A DNA stretch of 63,991 nucleotides, filler included, from Diploschistes diacapsis (Eukaryota): the NCBI GenBank assembly GCA_023645945.1. It is 5 parts of 5 records of this genome, joined end to end, with 100 filler letters (N's around TTAATTAATTAA, not from the genome) between each part and the next. Parts side by side here need not be neighbours in the genome. Positions count along the whole stretch, not along the records: positions 25,038 to 56,276 come from JALAIB010000118.1; 4 more parts are not named here. One strand, 5' to 3'. The number at the start of each line of letters is the position of its first letter. The stretch's first letter is position 1. The notes under the pieces are model-generated. The model ran no database searches. It was not told the DNA's origin and saw only the letters and a list, made by a program, of their open reading frames with translations. The position numbers and the translations under genes were made by a program. Positions 25,038 through 39,600 of this stretch are shown here, one piece after another.

Positions 25038-26240
25038 TATATTGAGCGTAGTTTTAAATGTCTTTTATAATCTTTTCAATTCCTAAAACCTTTAATTGAT
25101 GAGTTGGGAGCTTCCTGAAATGCGAAAATTTTGGTGTGTTTTGGTGGAGGGACCATTACTTTTGGGACGTGACTGTAGGTTTGCCATTTCCGATGTCTGT
25201 GACCCTTGGACAAGGAGCTGAAGTCCGCCGACTAATTTCCTTACAATGATTGGTTGACCATGAACGTCTCAGCCTGAAACAACTGATTTGCTTGGGCAAT
25301 GGCAGCTGAAAAGTGCAATTTGTTTTAAAACAGAGCAGCTGAAAAGCGCTTGCTGTTTTCTTTATGGCCATAATAATAATAATCAGATTTTATTGATTTA
25401 ATATTTATTTCATATAATTCTACGTATTTCTATAAGTAACATGTATTTACATGCAAGTTATATAAAGATTTAAATACCTGGCAGAGCCACAGCGAACTAG
25501 GCAGAATGCATCACTAGGGCGCCACCAAATATGTTACACAATCTTACAAGTATTCTAGGCAGAATAAGACCTACTCGTTACACTAGGGGGATCAGTTTTT
25601 TCAATTTTTGCTTTCAAAGTGCGCCTACATCAAACATTGACCTCATTTTCTGCAGCTTGATTCTCAGTTTCGAATTCTCTATATACGCACTTCATTCTAT
25701 TGATAGCTTCATTCAGTCTCGTGTTGCCTATCGCAAGTGGAACTCGGAACCAGCCCAAGTGTGAAGCAGGCATATGGTATGAACCCCTGAGCGCTGATAT
25801 TCGGCCATGACTTCTAACTCTGCTTGAAAAGTTCTCACAAAGCGGCCGAGCTTGCCAATACGAGTGTCGTTGCTTGAGCCGGGGTATACCTGTAAGACTC
25901 CATGCAACGATGGCGAGTTTAATATAGCTCTAGAAACGAAACTGGAGACCAATAACATCGCGCAAGTTTTTTGCATCTGGTAGCAACACATTCCTATGCT
26001 TTTGAGCTTGGTGGACCATATGGTTCGATCAACTTACAACTCTTACGCCACTTGCTGCTAGGCCCTTACTCATACTCCAAATCGCCTGTACTCTGTTTTG
26101 TGTCTACGGTTCTATGCGACGCGAGTTGCTCACAGAACCGTCGCTATCGTGCTTTATATCTTTTTGCCAACTTGAACATCGTACCACTTTCCCCCTAGAT
26201 CCTTTACATCCTGTACTTAAATACCTTAAAGATTCAAAGG

Positions 26241-27150
26241 ATGGCCGCTCAAGTTCTCCCATCTCCCCGACTTATCGTGGTCCTACTCTTCACAGAACCG
26301 GCTGACCCAAGTCCAACAAACCAATTATGGCGCTCCAGTCAACCCCACGATGGTTGACTAGCTTGCTCCGACCTACACAGCCGCTCCTCTCCCTAAACTC
26401 CGTTACCGTTTACCGTCCGCAACGGCCATCTGTGGATAAAGAATGTGATTCCACGCGAGGATGTCTATGGTATGCATGAGCAGTGCTTTCGGATCATCTC
26501 TTCGACTGGCCTGCTTGCACCGGGTTCTTCTCCACGGGGTGGCATGTTCAATACCGAACCCCATCCCGCCAAGCACCAAGGTCTCGGAGTAGTGCCGCCT
26601 GAGAGCGCTCGGGAAACCCTCGATAAGATTCACCATAGTAAAGAGTACCAGGACTTCGTCGTTAATCCTGGTCTGCGAGAATGGGTGCGACGAATCATGA
26701 GGTGGGAGAAAGAGGTGTGTCATGAAACGTGGTCTAATCAGACACGACGTTCCAGGCAGTAAGTGTCCAATTGGTATCCATTACGACCAGCTTTTCCTAA
26801 GGGCGGGAGATCTCGTGTTCGTCACGGCATGGGTGTCGATGGTAGACTGTGCCGCGGACGGTGGCGGTCTGATGTACCTGGAAGGCTCCAAAGCACTCGG
26901 ACAAAAAAATTGAAAAGCGTTTTCGAAGTGCAACAGAAAAAGACAGATATATCCAGAGAGGAACGCTTCAGTGCCCGTAACTATATCGTGGGCGAACTAG
27001 GTCACTTGGGTCGCAAATGTGGAGGAATGGGCTAAGACTGATGGCTTAGGGAAGAGATGGATGGTCGCGGACTCCGAGGCCGGAGACGTTGTCTTCTGCT
27101 CTCCTTGAATGATACATGCGAGCAGCAGGAACAGCGATAAGCTATGTAGG
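26241..27150 (+). pseudogene. Phytanoyl-CoA dioxygenase (PhyH, Fe/2OG) family pseudogene
   Basis: Motifs are split over several frames: ...REWVRRIMRWEKEV / MKRGLIRHDVPG..IHYDQLFLRAG..TAWV..GGGLMYLEGS / RWMVADSEAGDVVFCSP*MIHAS. It carries frameshifts and an in-frame TGA. Ends are approximate. Confidence 0.75.
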
Positions 27151-28450
27151 ACCGGACTGTCCAGCGACTTGAGGCATTACGAAGAGAGAGCCAACATCGA
27201 CCAGCGATGGACGAAGCCGTTCTTTTCATGATGATGGGCTTTGAAATAATACTGGGCACTAGCGTCTTGTCGTCTATATCGTCGCGCGCTTTCGAAGCTC
27301 CATTCGCATTGGGGGGTGGGGGAGGGGGGATCCTGGAAGTTTTCCACCAACGTGGGGTTTGTCCCTAACCGCGCAAACGCCGTGGTGCCTCCAACTTTCG
27401 AGCCTGCTGCTTTCTTGACGACCCAAGTCTCTCGGGAGTACTTAGTGCTCTATCTACGAGAAAAGATCTACTTTTCAGCAGGGTAAATAATCAAGCTCCC
27501 ATCTTTTTTGGGACCCAACGGCTTCGGCTGCCACTCGATTCCCTCCTATTTTTTGTGTGTTCTGGTCTTATACGAAAGTAAGATTGTCTGTTTGGACTTC
27601 TTCCGTAGCGATTGACAAGTTCAGTTGCGATTTAGCAGTCACGTAGTACTAGCCGGATGCAGGGTAGTAGTACTCTTACTGGTCTTGGAGACTAACTTCA
27701 CGCTTGTGGCGTTCGCGGATACTTTTGCCTCCAATTTCATCCCATGGTTCGCCATCGAGTCATGGCCTAGAACATTGAAGGCTCCCTCCCCGTTCATCCT
27801 TTTGAAAGCTTACTATTGTAATCCAGGTTCCTGGCAAATACATCATCTAAAAGCATCTTGCTAAGGCCAATTGCTCCCACCGGGTGGCCCGGAAGCAGCT
27901 AGCAAGAAGTGCTTATATCGGGAAGAATAAGCTTGAGAACGAGATATGCATTTCTGGTTAATAATACAAAGACAGTTAGCATTAATAAAACCAAATGTAG
28001 TAAGTAACTCGGGGGAGCGAGAGCTGATATGGTTTCTAGAAACCAGTGGTAGCGAACCTTAAGTTGTAAGCTCCCCTTTTGGGCTGGCAGACAACAAGAA
28101 GATGATAGCAAGGTGTTTTGAGAAACGGCCCAGCGCTTCTCCGCTCGATTCTGAGAAGATGCTGTCGTCGCACGAGGGTTGACAGTTTTCACCTCCAGTT
28201 GAAATTACCAAAGAAACTATTAGGAATGATCATGGCGAGAAAGTAACTTGAGGAAACGAAGAGTTAAGTTAATGTGGGCAATTAGGCTTTTTTTTGAGTG
28301 AAGTTCGTACTAAACCTGCTCTTATGGAGCGCTGGTTCAAGGGTTATTAGTTTTCATCGAATGCATGGACCAAATATTGAATTTTTAGCAGCATGTCTAG
28401 TGAACTAGGTGAGCACTTTCTTAAACGGAGCCAAGATATTTTGAATCATA

Positions 28451-29559
28451 TTAAAGTCGTTTAACTCCAATCCCTCCCTCCTTCGACCTTCTTACAAAAG
28501 CCGTAGCACCATGCGTTATGATGGTAAGCCCAGCATCGATCATAAGACTCGTTCCATTAATATAGATTGCCGAGGGACTGTATAGAAAGACGATGTAATC
28601 GGTTACTTCCTTCAGTGTTGTGGTACGCCTCGCGGGCGATATCTTCTGGATGATCCGACCCAAGGCCGGCATACGTTGAAGGCTAGCTTGCATTATCGGA
28701 ATATCTGTTTACAAGGGATAGACTGCGTTAACGCGGATTTGGTTCTTGATGTTGTCCAGTGCTCTTCGATCGACATATATTAGTTTTAATAGTTGGAATT
28801 GACGACGACGTAATGTAACTATCTTTACAGGATATGCGGACGGATCGGATGCTAAGGGTTGTGTAAATAATCGTTGCGTACCAGCTGTTTTGGTGATGCC
28901 AATGACCGCGTGCTTAAAAGTATTGTAGGGTATCATTCCAGGGCCTGGGACAAAAGCGTTGACAGATGCAATCGTCACGATAGAGCCGCGGCCGAGGCTT
29001 CTCGTCGTCCCGTTGCGCAGGCTTTAACATTGTTCCCTTGACGTTGACCGATATTAGTTTAGTTGAAGATGTCTATCTTTACGTTTTCGGTGACTATGCC
29101 GGAGATATTCTTTATCTGGATGGAATATCATTAACATTATAGTTAGGACATGACATGTTAAGGCTAGCGAAGTCCCGCCGTTCGTGGTTTGATTTAGAGA
29201 AGAAGACACATTTATACCAGCATAATGCATGCAGTAGTCGATCCTTTTGAACTCCGTAATTGCCTTCTCAACCATTTTCTGCACTTTATCTTCGTTTGTG
29301 ATGTCGACTTGAACCGCTGTGGCGCGATACTCGGGGTGATTAGCAAACTTCTTGCTCTCGGTTACGGCGAGGTCGACGCCATCGTTGTTCAAATCGGCGA
29401 AAACGATAGCCTGAGTTTCAGCTTTAGTAAGAGCAAACGCGGCTTCCTTTCCTATACCTGCAGCGGCCTAGCGTTGCGAGTCAGCAGAAGTAGTAAACAC
29501 TGTTGCGAAGTAGCCATATGTAACCCAGTAATAAGAGCAACATCTTTTTTAAGGGCCAT
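28451..29559 (-). pseudogene. Short-chain dehydrogenase/reductase pseudogene with RIP-like damage
   Basis: VALITG..AAGIGK Rossmann motif, VQVDIT, RIDYCMHYAG, RGSIVTIAS, YNTFKHAV (YxxxK) and IRVNAVYP. In-frame TAA stops occur at about 29060 and 28709, plus a frameshift and a broken donor site. Confidence 0.85.
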
Positions 29560-30645
29560 GACCTTCTCGTAATAGTGCAATGACTTATTTCAGCCAGACT
29601 CGATTCGTGTAGGAAAATAGATTATGTGGTGCAATCTGAGGTGGACAAAGAAGCAGAGTCGCACAGGAAAGAAGACTTGGAGAAGCTTGGGGGGAGGGGG
29701 GCAGGCACGTTGCCGCGCACACCCATTCACTGAGGCATCGTGACTTGTCTTGCTTTTCAACTTGTGTTGCTTTGTACGCATGCACTCAGCCGCAATCAAA
29801 TTCTGATGACGGATTCTGTTCCAAATAGGTAAGTGCCGACATGATACAGATCAACTCTCCACATGGTGGGATGCAAGCTCTGGATTCAAAGAGAAGGCGG
29901 CCCTACACCACCCTTGGCACTTTTCAATAAAAGATATATATAAATCTCTACCAAGCATGTTTGTAGGCTTGAGGATTCAATTCAATACGTGACATTCTCA
30001 GTCTGTTGAGCGTATCTATATGCACACAAAAAATCCCCATAAAACCTCCCGACACCCCCCCCAGGCTGTCGCCCTCCCTTAGCGTTAGCCACCTTGACCT
30101 CGATGTCACCCCTCCAGCTGAGTCCAGCACGATGAATTGAGTGGTCGACATACACACCTCGCCTTTGTCGCTATCGCTGACACTGCCGCCGCCCCGCAAT
30201 CTGTGCACCTGTCTGGCTCGAATAGAGAGGTTCAGCAGCCCTGTAATTGCTTTAGTAGCGTCGCCCGTCGGCCTAAAGTAAATAAGCGTGATGAGGAAGC
30301 CTTTATGGCAGGACGTAAAGGGCGCTAATAAGGCGCCAACGAGGGTTATAAAGGAATAACATGATGGTGAAAGATAGTAGTAGATGATGTATTAATTGGT
30401 TATTTATTCATCGTTTTTAAAGTTTAAATTCCATCCAATAAGAAAATTGTGTATAAGAAACGACTGTTATTGGCATGGGAGCTAAACCGCTAGCTAACCT
30501 AGATAATTATGTTTTTAATATTAATATACAGTAATAAAAGAATCTCAAACAAGAGCTTTTTCGCGCAGTACTCCTCATTACCTTCATTACACTACCAAGA
30601 TATCGTTGGAGAAATTTGACGCCATTTCTTGAGTTTGGGCGAGTC

Positions 30646-31325
30646 ATGGGTAATTCTACTTCCAAAGCCGCTAGGAATGCGTCTGGAGCTACCAAAAGGC
30701 AATACCCATCTCGTGTTCCCTCGCAGCCAGGTCTAGGTCTAGGTCTGGGTCACAAACCACAAGCTCCGCCAGCATCAGCAGCAGCAGGGCCTACTGTTCA
30801 CCCGCCAACACAAGCCAGCACCTCCAGGGACGAAGGTAAGTTTATCACCCTCTCGAAAGGCACACAGACGCTTAATGTACAGTAGTTGTAAACGCAGATG
30901 CCTACGACCCTCAACTGAACGCATCCCTTCGCTCACTCGGCCCTGTGACTCCTTCACCTACCTACTCAAATTCCTCAACTGCGCAACCATCCCCAGATCT
31001 GGGTGGCCAGCTTTCCGGGTCTCAGCCAATATTTCCAAGTCCAGGCAACAACCCTGCGCTGCAGGTTCTTCAAGCGAGGCACAAGCTCGCTGAAGAGGCA
31101 GAAGCCGAGTTTGCCGATTATGGGAAGAGCGCGTTCCAAGGGCGGCGCTTTCTCGATGTCATGATCATACGGCAGATGCTCAGGATGCGTGACGAGCAAG
31201 GCAAAACGAACGACCAAATTGAGCGAGAGCTGGGTCTACAGCGTGGTGTTGCCGCAAAGCTGGGCAAGAAAGGGATCTTTGCCGATATTGGAGCCAGAAG
31301 CGTTGGCGAGGGCGCTTTGGATTGA
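30646..31325 (+). CDS. Conserved fungal hypothetical protein with a C-terminal HTH-like segment, 2 exons
   Basis: MGNSTSK start (possible myristoylation), intron 30836-30882/30885 (GTAAGT..CTTAAT..CAGTAG), and C-terminal GRRFLDVMIIRQMLRMRDEQGKTNDQIERELGLQRGVAAKLG. Confidence 0.75.
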
Positions 31326-33649
31326 ACTTCTGATCCGGAATCAGGACCTCAATAACTAGGGTGAAACAGCAGTGGCACTGGAGCAAATGTAGAATGTTGT
31401 TATGGAGCAGTATCATTCCAGACCTGTTACGGATCCGAACCACAAAACCTTGGCGAAGGGCAAGCCCAGCCTTCCTTGGAAAGAGGGCAAAACGCTCACC
31501 GTCTTTCCATCCTCATAACGTCGATCGATAAACTGAAGTGGAACGAGAGCTCCCGGAAACTTCTCCGAATTATCCTGCATGGATCAGCGCCAGCAGTCAG
31601 CCCGTGGAGTGATGCTAACAGTTGTTCCACTTGCTTTCATCTTTGTAATTTCGAGGCCTGTACTCTAGGTCAGCCAGATCGACGATGGACACGGTCAAAA
31701 CTGGTGCTGAGTTATCAAGGAGGTTTTCTGTTCTATTTTTGAGAACTAGAGCACATTCGCAACTTGATGCAAGCTTACATTGATTTGTATAGCTCTATCA
31801 CTCAACAGGCTTTAGAAACGGCGTCATGACTTACGGTGCAGGACAGAGAAGCACGTCCAATGCTCATACCGCATGACCACTACCATCTGTGCCGGTTATA
31901 TCTTGTTTCACGAATCTACAGATTGCCCCAACGTACAACGCGCTCATGATGCCACTGCTCAAGATCTCCAATGGAAATGGGGCTTTATTTGCTCGTTATT
32001 CTGGCATTCTTATCTTGCCAAAGATAGTCAAGGCTCACCCACTTCATCGGTCTTTCTTGGCCACTGCGCCCGCCATCTGGAAACCGCAACTAGGCAATAA
32101 TATGCCAGGGTCCACCGTGGCTGCACGGCTTTCGTTCTATCAAAGTTACGTCCAGAAACAAGTCTCAGCCCTCTGGCCATTTGCTTTCAGGCACGTGTGA
32201 CTAACAGGTGCGGCTTCATGGATTTAATGTTTAGAGCACGCCGGTCTAGTTCATTTGATACCAGAAAACTAGCGTAACCATGTGCTTTAAGAAAAAGTCA
32301 CCATCGATGGCTCGGACACCCTGGACTCAAAGCGAGGAATGTCTTCATGGACAGTTTGATACCCTCAACATGCTAGAGGGTCTATGAATGGCATAACTTG
32401 CTTGCGACCTTTTTGAAACCTACACACCATCCGCGCGCGGTCAGTAGCTCGTTGGCCGCAGACCATAACTCTATGATATGCAGCTGGGCTACGGATGCTA
32501 CCTGATCATCATGACCAACTTCCCGTCTGTTACTAGCGGGTGCAGCGAGTACAGGGCGTCGGGGATAGGGGAGTTTCGGTGCAGGAAAGGCTGGCGTCCC
32601 AGTACTCCCAGGCTTTTCGGACAATGACTTGCTGGCTTCTCTAACAGTATTTATGGGCTTTTTCAGGAGAGGAGAAGTACAGCCGTAATACAAGTCTTAA
32701 GTTTAGCATCCTTCCCTCTTCGATTTGAACACTTCAAAAGTAGGGAAGCAGACCCTCACTTGGTTTTACAAAGTATGCATGCCCGAGCTGTTTATCTGTA
32801 ATGATTAGCAGATGTTTTTATCTAGACCACCGTTATACATGTTTGTGATATACTCCCAAGCTCCAGCAACGTTTCCCAAGTTAAACCATTCTGTTTTTGT
32901 TTTCGCCCCATCGCATTCATTCATTCGTAACTTGCGTCCGGCACAACGACATATACGCATCGCAGCCCGCTCTCTTACGAGCTTACTCGCCTTTCTATCC
33001 TCATGGATTGCATTCATGGGCAGCACAAAAACGTACTTGACCACTTTTCTTGCTATTTCCACTGTTTACCATACGACTTTAAAGATTCTAGAAGCCGATA
33101 AAAAAAGGTCTATCGCCCCTTTCCATGGGACAAGGGGTTACCGCCTGCGCTCTGTAGCATTGCCGCGGTACATCCAATGCCTACCCTAGCGCAATGAGGC
33201 TTCCGGTCGAGCACAAGGGCCAACACGCCATAATGGTTGTCAAGATAGAGTAAAAAGGCCTGGGCCAGAAAACCCTGCCCAAAGTGCTCTTTGGTCTTTT
33301 TATTCTTATCGCAAGTCGTGAATAGATGTCGAAGCGCTCCCGAGCCTCTCGACCTTGATATATATAGGTAGCTGGTGTGTTCCTCAGTATCACTGCTACG
33401 ATCATTCAGGCTCATGGTCGATCGATTGAACCAGCGCCGTTCTGAGCTGTATCATCTTTGGGGCGCGTGTTTGATCTGGAGGCACTTCAAGATAGATTAT
33501 GGTTTCAATGGTAATTTTTTTTTTTTGGATATAGCATATGGTTTACTTACCAGTTTCTTACCTCGTATGGCCCCCCGTGTAAATTGATAGAACAACCCGC
33601 TTGCCTGTCTCTGCTACTGCTCCTCTTATGAGCCTCAACAGAGTTCATG

Positions 33650-36600
33650 TCATGAATCCCTGACGCGAATCATGCGGCTGCACAAGGAACACAGGCTTAA
33701 CCGCTTGAAAAGCTCGAGCAAACACTGATTCCCCATAGCAGCCGCCACGTCCAAGCACGTCCTCTGCTCTCTGTCCTTCCACATCGGATCACATCCTCGC
33801 TCGACAAGCGCTTTGAACAAGGCCACCATATGCTTCTCTTTGTTTTCACGGTAACGAGCCTTAATAGGCCACTTCGGCGCGAGACAGAACAGGGCGCTCT
33901 CGCCCCGCTCGTTCCTCGCTGCGAAGTCCGCACCTGCTTCGTCTAGGACGTAGAGGAAGTCAAGATATGATGGTTTGTTGTCTCCATACTTGTGTTGCAT
34001 GGCGACAAAGTGGAAGAGAGGCGTCTCGCCGGTGTGGTTGCGCGAGTCGATACTCAGACCTCCAGCGAGGAGGCTCGCATGTTGGAGACAGCGGGAATGT
34101 GTTGCTCCCACCATGAACGCAGGTCGAGGCCTGCTGGGGGTCCTTTTGCTTCGAATACCGTGTTCGCTTTGCTGCCGTCAACCGAGGTGAAGTGGAAAAG
34201 CTGGCTGGCAAAGAAGTGTAGAGTGGTGTTTCCGTTCGTCGGATCGGCCTCTAAAGCGTCAGCGCCTTTTTGGAGGAGCGTCTCGACTGCTCCGTAGTTG
34301 CCCCCACGGATAGCATAGTGGAGTGGCGTCGAGCCCGCATTATCGCGCCCAGTGATGAGCGAAGCACCCCGGGGGTAGGAGGGAATGGGGTCGAAGGCCT
34401 TTGGCACGAATTGGCTGTTGCTGCTGGCTAAGCTGCAGTGAAGTGCGTTTCGACCTCCGTTATCAATGGCGGAGAGCGACGCTTTGTGTCATAGTAGCAG
34501 CGAGGCTAATTCTGCCGTAGTGTCGTAATACCTCGATGGACCTGAGGGAGGTTTTGGAGAACACGCGGCCAAAAGGAGGGTCATGCCCTGGAAGTCTCGG
34601 GATTCTACTTCGTATTCGGCAATCGTAAGGAACGGCTCGAGGAATCCTCCTTCCTCAGCGATCGAATGCACGATTGACCGTCCGCTATCGTAGACTAAAC
34701 CTGGGTTTGCTCCTCCTTCAAGGAGCGTCTTGATTGTTTTGATGGCTAGTGTCTTCTTGCCCAACCGAGCGAATGACTTGTCCGCTGCAAGATGCAGGGG
34801 ATATAGGTAATTCGGCATACCATGCATGCCATGCACCGTCCTCTCCTGCCGCTTTTTGGTGTGCTTGGAAGACGACTGAGGCACAACGTTACAGTCAACG
34901 TGCAAGCTAGCAAGCTTCTTGACTATATCAATAGCCGGTGACGCTGCAGCATCACAGAAGAAAGGCCGGCTGCCGAGCGAAGGATTGGCTCCATGATCGA
35001 TTAGCAGTTTGACGACATCTGCGTGCCCCCTTGCCAGGTTCAAGCATGTCGTTCCTTCTGTGTCCAGAACGTTTGAATCCGCTCCGCAGCGAAGAAGAAT
35101 ATCAATCTTGAAAAGGTGTTTGTCGTGGGCACACACGCACAGTAATGGCGTATCCATATCACTGTTCAGTGCCTCGACGTCCGCCCCTTTCCCAACTAGA
35201 TACTGTATAGCATCAGCTTGTTACCAATGCGATGGACGTGCTAACATATGTAATGCAGTTTCGGTTGTCTTGCGTCGTGTCCAGACCCCATTAATGATGC
35301 CCTGGCAGCAGATTCTGAACCAAGCCGTTCATTGACATCGACGCCGACACACTCAACTAGCATTTTAACCATGTCTAGATTAGGTAGCTGTCGCCCACAA
35401 GCGATGATCAATATTGGTTTCTGTTGCTCACGTGCACCGCCTTCAGCTTTCCCTTCCGCCCTAATTCTGTTCTGCTCGTCTTCACGAGCCTCTGGCGTCA
35501 ATTTTCCGCATGTAGGAGGAATACCTCAATCGCTCGAGTGGAGTCATATGAGATGTTGCCGCTTCAATTCTTTCTTGCTCGCTTCTCCGAGCCCCGTCAA
35601 CCATGTCCCGCAAAAGGGAGCAATACCCTAACTGCGCAAGTAGCGTAACAGGAGACATTGAGTTAAAATCAAGCTGAATAAAATTAGCCCCAAGTTCTCT
35701 TAGATCCTTCACTGCCTGCTCGTCTCCGTTGTGGAGAAACTGTCTTGTCAGTCCCATGACATCTACTTGAGAGTAGATATGCGCAGACAGCATTTCTCGA
35801 GTATGCTTGGTCTTATGCCGCAACCGTTGGCCCAATATGGTCTGGTTCAATCGCGAGTCGGGATCACTCCCAGTGTACCTGAGTTCCTCAACTTTCTCTT
35901 TAACTTGGCTGGAGGTGTTAAGTTCCGAAGTGCCATTATCAAGGCGTAATTTGCGCTTCATGAGGCGCGGCTCGATGGCTAGCAGCTCATCGACCATCAT
36001 GCCAAACTCAGACCGTACTCGACTAGTAACCGTATAGATTGCGTAACAGTTAAAGGGTTCGGCTGTGGTCCGACATTAGGTCTACGATGGTCGCTATCAA
36101 AGATGAACATAGCCTCCGTTGGGTTACAGCTCTGATTAGCCACAGTTGCAACTTTCCAAAGCTTTTGCTCGCTGAGATGTTCTGCGATCGCATGAAGTGG
36201 CGTCTTTTGGTGCTTGTCCAGGAGATTCGGGTCTGCTCCAGCGTCCAAAAGAATTCAAACAGCCTCGCTCCTACCTGCCACGTATGCAAAGTGGAGGGCT
36301 GATCTCCCTTCTGTGTCCGCCTCGTCAATTGTAGCTAGTTGACCATTCTTTCGATGGTGATCTACAAGCGTGCCAACTAGATTGCAATGGCGTGCATGAC
36401 ATGCTATCATCAAAGGGTTCTTTCCCTCTTGCGTCTGCACAGTTGGGTCTGCGCCAAGGTGCAGAAGATGGGTTGCAAACATGACATCGCGAGATGCGGC
36501 GATATGAATCGGTCGGACTCCTCGATGGTCAGTCACGTTAATGTCCATTTTGCGTACTTGAACGAACATACTAACAGGGCCCCCCCTCAATGAAGGATGC

Positions 36601-39600
36601 AGACACGCAATGTGCAACGCTGTTTCGCCCTTGTGGTTCCCAGCCGATGATGGAACTCCAATGTCAAGAATTGTACGCAGAAGTTCTTCGTCGGGACAGA
36701 GGTGTTCAGTTTTAGCAAGGTAATGCGAAAGCGAATTTCCAACATTATCAACCTCCGTAGGATCAATGCCTACCTCAACCAGGTAGCGAACTTGACCACA
36801 CTTTATTATGCCTCCCACGAACCGGTCTGTAAGTGCTACGTGCAGAAGGTTCATTCCCTCATAATTGGTAACATGAATATCAGCACCAGCCCCGACGAGC
36901 TTCATGGAATGGCTGTCGGGCTGAAAGCCGATCACTGATTGTATAAGGGCAGTGTACCCTGACGATCCCTAGCATTAATGTCAAGGCCATGTTTGATGAG
37001 CAACTCCAGGATCCCATTGACGTGGGCTCCACTCTTTAATAAAACATCAATCGTTTTAGCTGATATTGATGAACTTGAGATTTTGTGTAGAACGCTGGAA
37101 CCTTCATGGTCTACAGCGCCCGCGTTGACTCCACAGCCAACAAGAAGTGGTATCAATTCGTCTAGCCGTGGCCTGGCATTTGTGGATGAGCGCCTGCAAA
37201 CTTGTGTAAGCATTTGTAAGATATTAGCGCCGTCTCTATCGATTATGTTAACATCACATCCGGCATCAAGAAGCACCTCGAACCCCTGCTTAAGTAGCTT
37301 GGTATGGCCAGAACAACCCTGAACAAACCCGAATAGAGGATCGTAGCATCTAGGGGCGCTGTTTCCAGCATCGCCAACACCGCGTGGCGCCAGTTGTTGT
37401 TAGATATCGTACGCAGATTTGCACCCATGTCTAGAAGCCAAGGTATCGAGGTGATATCATGGCATCGAGCTGCAAGATATAGAGGGGTTTGGCCTTTGAA
37501 AACAAAATTGACATCAATTCCTGGACTTTTGAGCAGAGTGGAGACGCAGTCGGTAGCACCAAATCGCGCTGCCCAATATAGAGCCTTTCCAAAGGCCCTC
37601 ACTATCAAGAAATGGGACCATTGTTTTAACCGTCTCGGAGTGGTTAAATTCGCAAGCATACTCAACCGTAGTATCACCTAGAGTTGATTTAGCATTGCCG
37701 CAGTATCTACCAGGGCTCTCTCTAGTCTTGTGGGTAAAGGGATCAACGCCGGCTTCGAGGAGCAGCTTTACGACTTGGTGACAATTCTTGCAAGCGGCAA
37801 CTATCAGTGGCTTGTAGCCTCTTCTATCGTCAACATCCTTCTGGGCACCGTAGGATAATAGAACGGCGACTACCCCATCAATGCCCTCCTCGGCAGCATA
37901 GAAGAGCGGAGTCCTTGCTTTACTGTTTGTAACCTCGATATTCAGGTCAAGCTTGAGAAGGTGGCACACATAATGCGTCAGGCCACCTTATGCTCCAACA
38001 TGAAGTGCAGTTACTTTATCATAGTCTATGTCAGACCAGGTAATAAATAGCCAAGGATTTAAACGCTTTCTCATTCTTGATCAAGAAGCCGTCCAAAGTC
38101 GAATATAGGGCGGGATCCGCTTAATTATATCTCGCAAGATGTTTGTACCAATTCGAAGCAGCATATTCAAGGAAGGGGAATTTCAACTTTAGATTTGGTA
38201 AGAGAGTTTTGCGATCAGCTGCACTTCGGCGTTTCTGAAGCCTTTTATCGTCCGAGTAACGGCCTTCTACTCCGTTGGCAAGGTAAGTGGCAGTCTCCAG
38301 GTCATTGAACCAACTGGCCTCCAAGAAACTTAGACAGAGGACTCCAAATGCTTTTTGTGAACTATCATAATGTAACTTCGGAAACCCATCGGTCGAGTTG
38401 GGGACACCAAAGGTATATTCATGATGGCCAGACGCTGACAATTGAGAATTTCCTTTCCTTTCCTTTCCGTGGATATTGGACTGTCTTTGTGTCCATAGAG
38501 GAACTCGGTAAGGGAGTGATGTATGACACTGACCGTCTCGTCCTCTAGAATTTCGAGAAGAGGGCCACACGCTTCTCTCACGATAGCCTTGTTATCTTTC
38601 GTGCTACTACCCCGTAGCTCGATCATGCTTGCAAGCTCAAGAAGACGTAAAGGACGTTCCGCACATGTTACTATTTGCGGAATTGTGACCTGTGATTTCT
38701 GCGGGACGTTTGAGCGTATTGAGTGTTTCGCAACTATCTGGTGTAGGTTTCGGATAGGCCTGTCGGGAGATTGTCCAAAGTGTCAATTATTTGTTTCTCG
38801 TTAGTAGGTAAGTTTCTATGTGAATCTAGGATATCGTCGACCGTAAGCCCAGCATAGAGAAACAAACCGTCCGACCTATCACAACTTCCTTGATGAAGCC
38901 TGAGCTTGCTTGCAGTGCTTATCACACACTGCTCAATCCGATAGTTGACATATGCCGAAATATCTTGACCGACTTTGTCCGCTTGAGGTATAATCTGCGT
39001 AACTGACTCATCACGTAGGATTTTCTCGATATGAGGAAGAGATCTGCTGGTGAGCAGAACCTTTATAGAGGCAGAACTTTCTTGCCCTAATTTGACAAGG
39101 GCCTTTAAGAAGGGTTCATTGGCTATGTCCATTTCGTCAAGGGCATCAGCAACGCATCAGGCTTGTGGAAATCGCTTTAGTGCCGACAAAAGTAATTGCC
39201 AGAACTCTTGCAATGATAAACTGTCAAGAGAACGATGTTGCGTGATAAGCGTGATAAGGGTATGTTGAAGCACTGATCTCCTCTCGAGGAGCTGCGAGAT
39301 CCAGTCGCGCACAAGCTGCTGGGATCTTTAGTTTGCAGTAATTGTTTGGCGGAAAAAGAAATGCAGCACCGGCACGTCTTCAGAGTCGACCAATTTCGAT
39401 ATCAGCGAAGCGGCGAGAACGCTCTTTCCAGAGCCTGCAATCGCCTTGATCCACAGTGTACCTATATCGGAGCCATGCCATTCCTTGTATTGCTCTGCTC
39501 TCTGGAGCCATTGACAAGTTCCAGGATGTCGGGAGGCCAGATGTTTGTAATATTCACTCGACTTGGAGTATAATTCGTTGGAGATAGCCAGTTCTGGATG

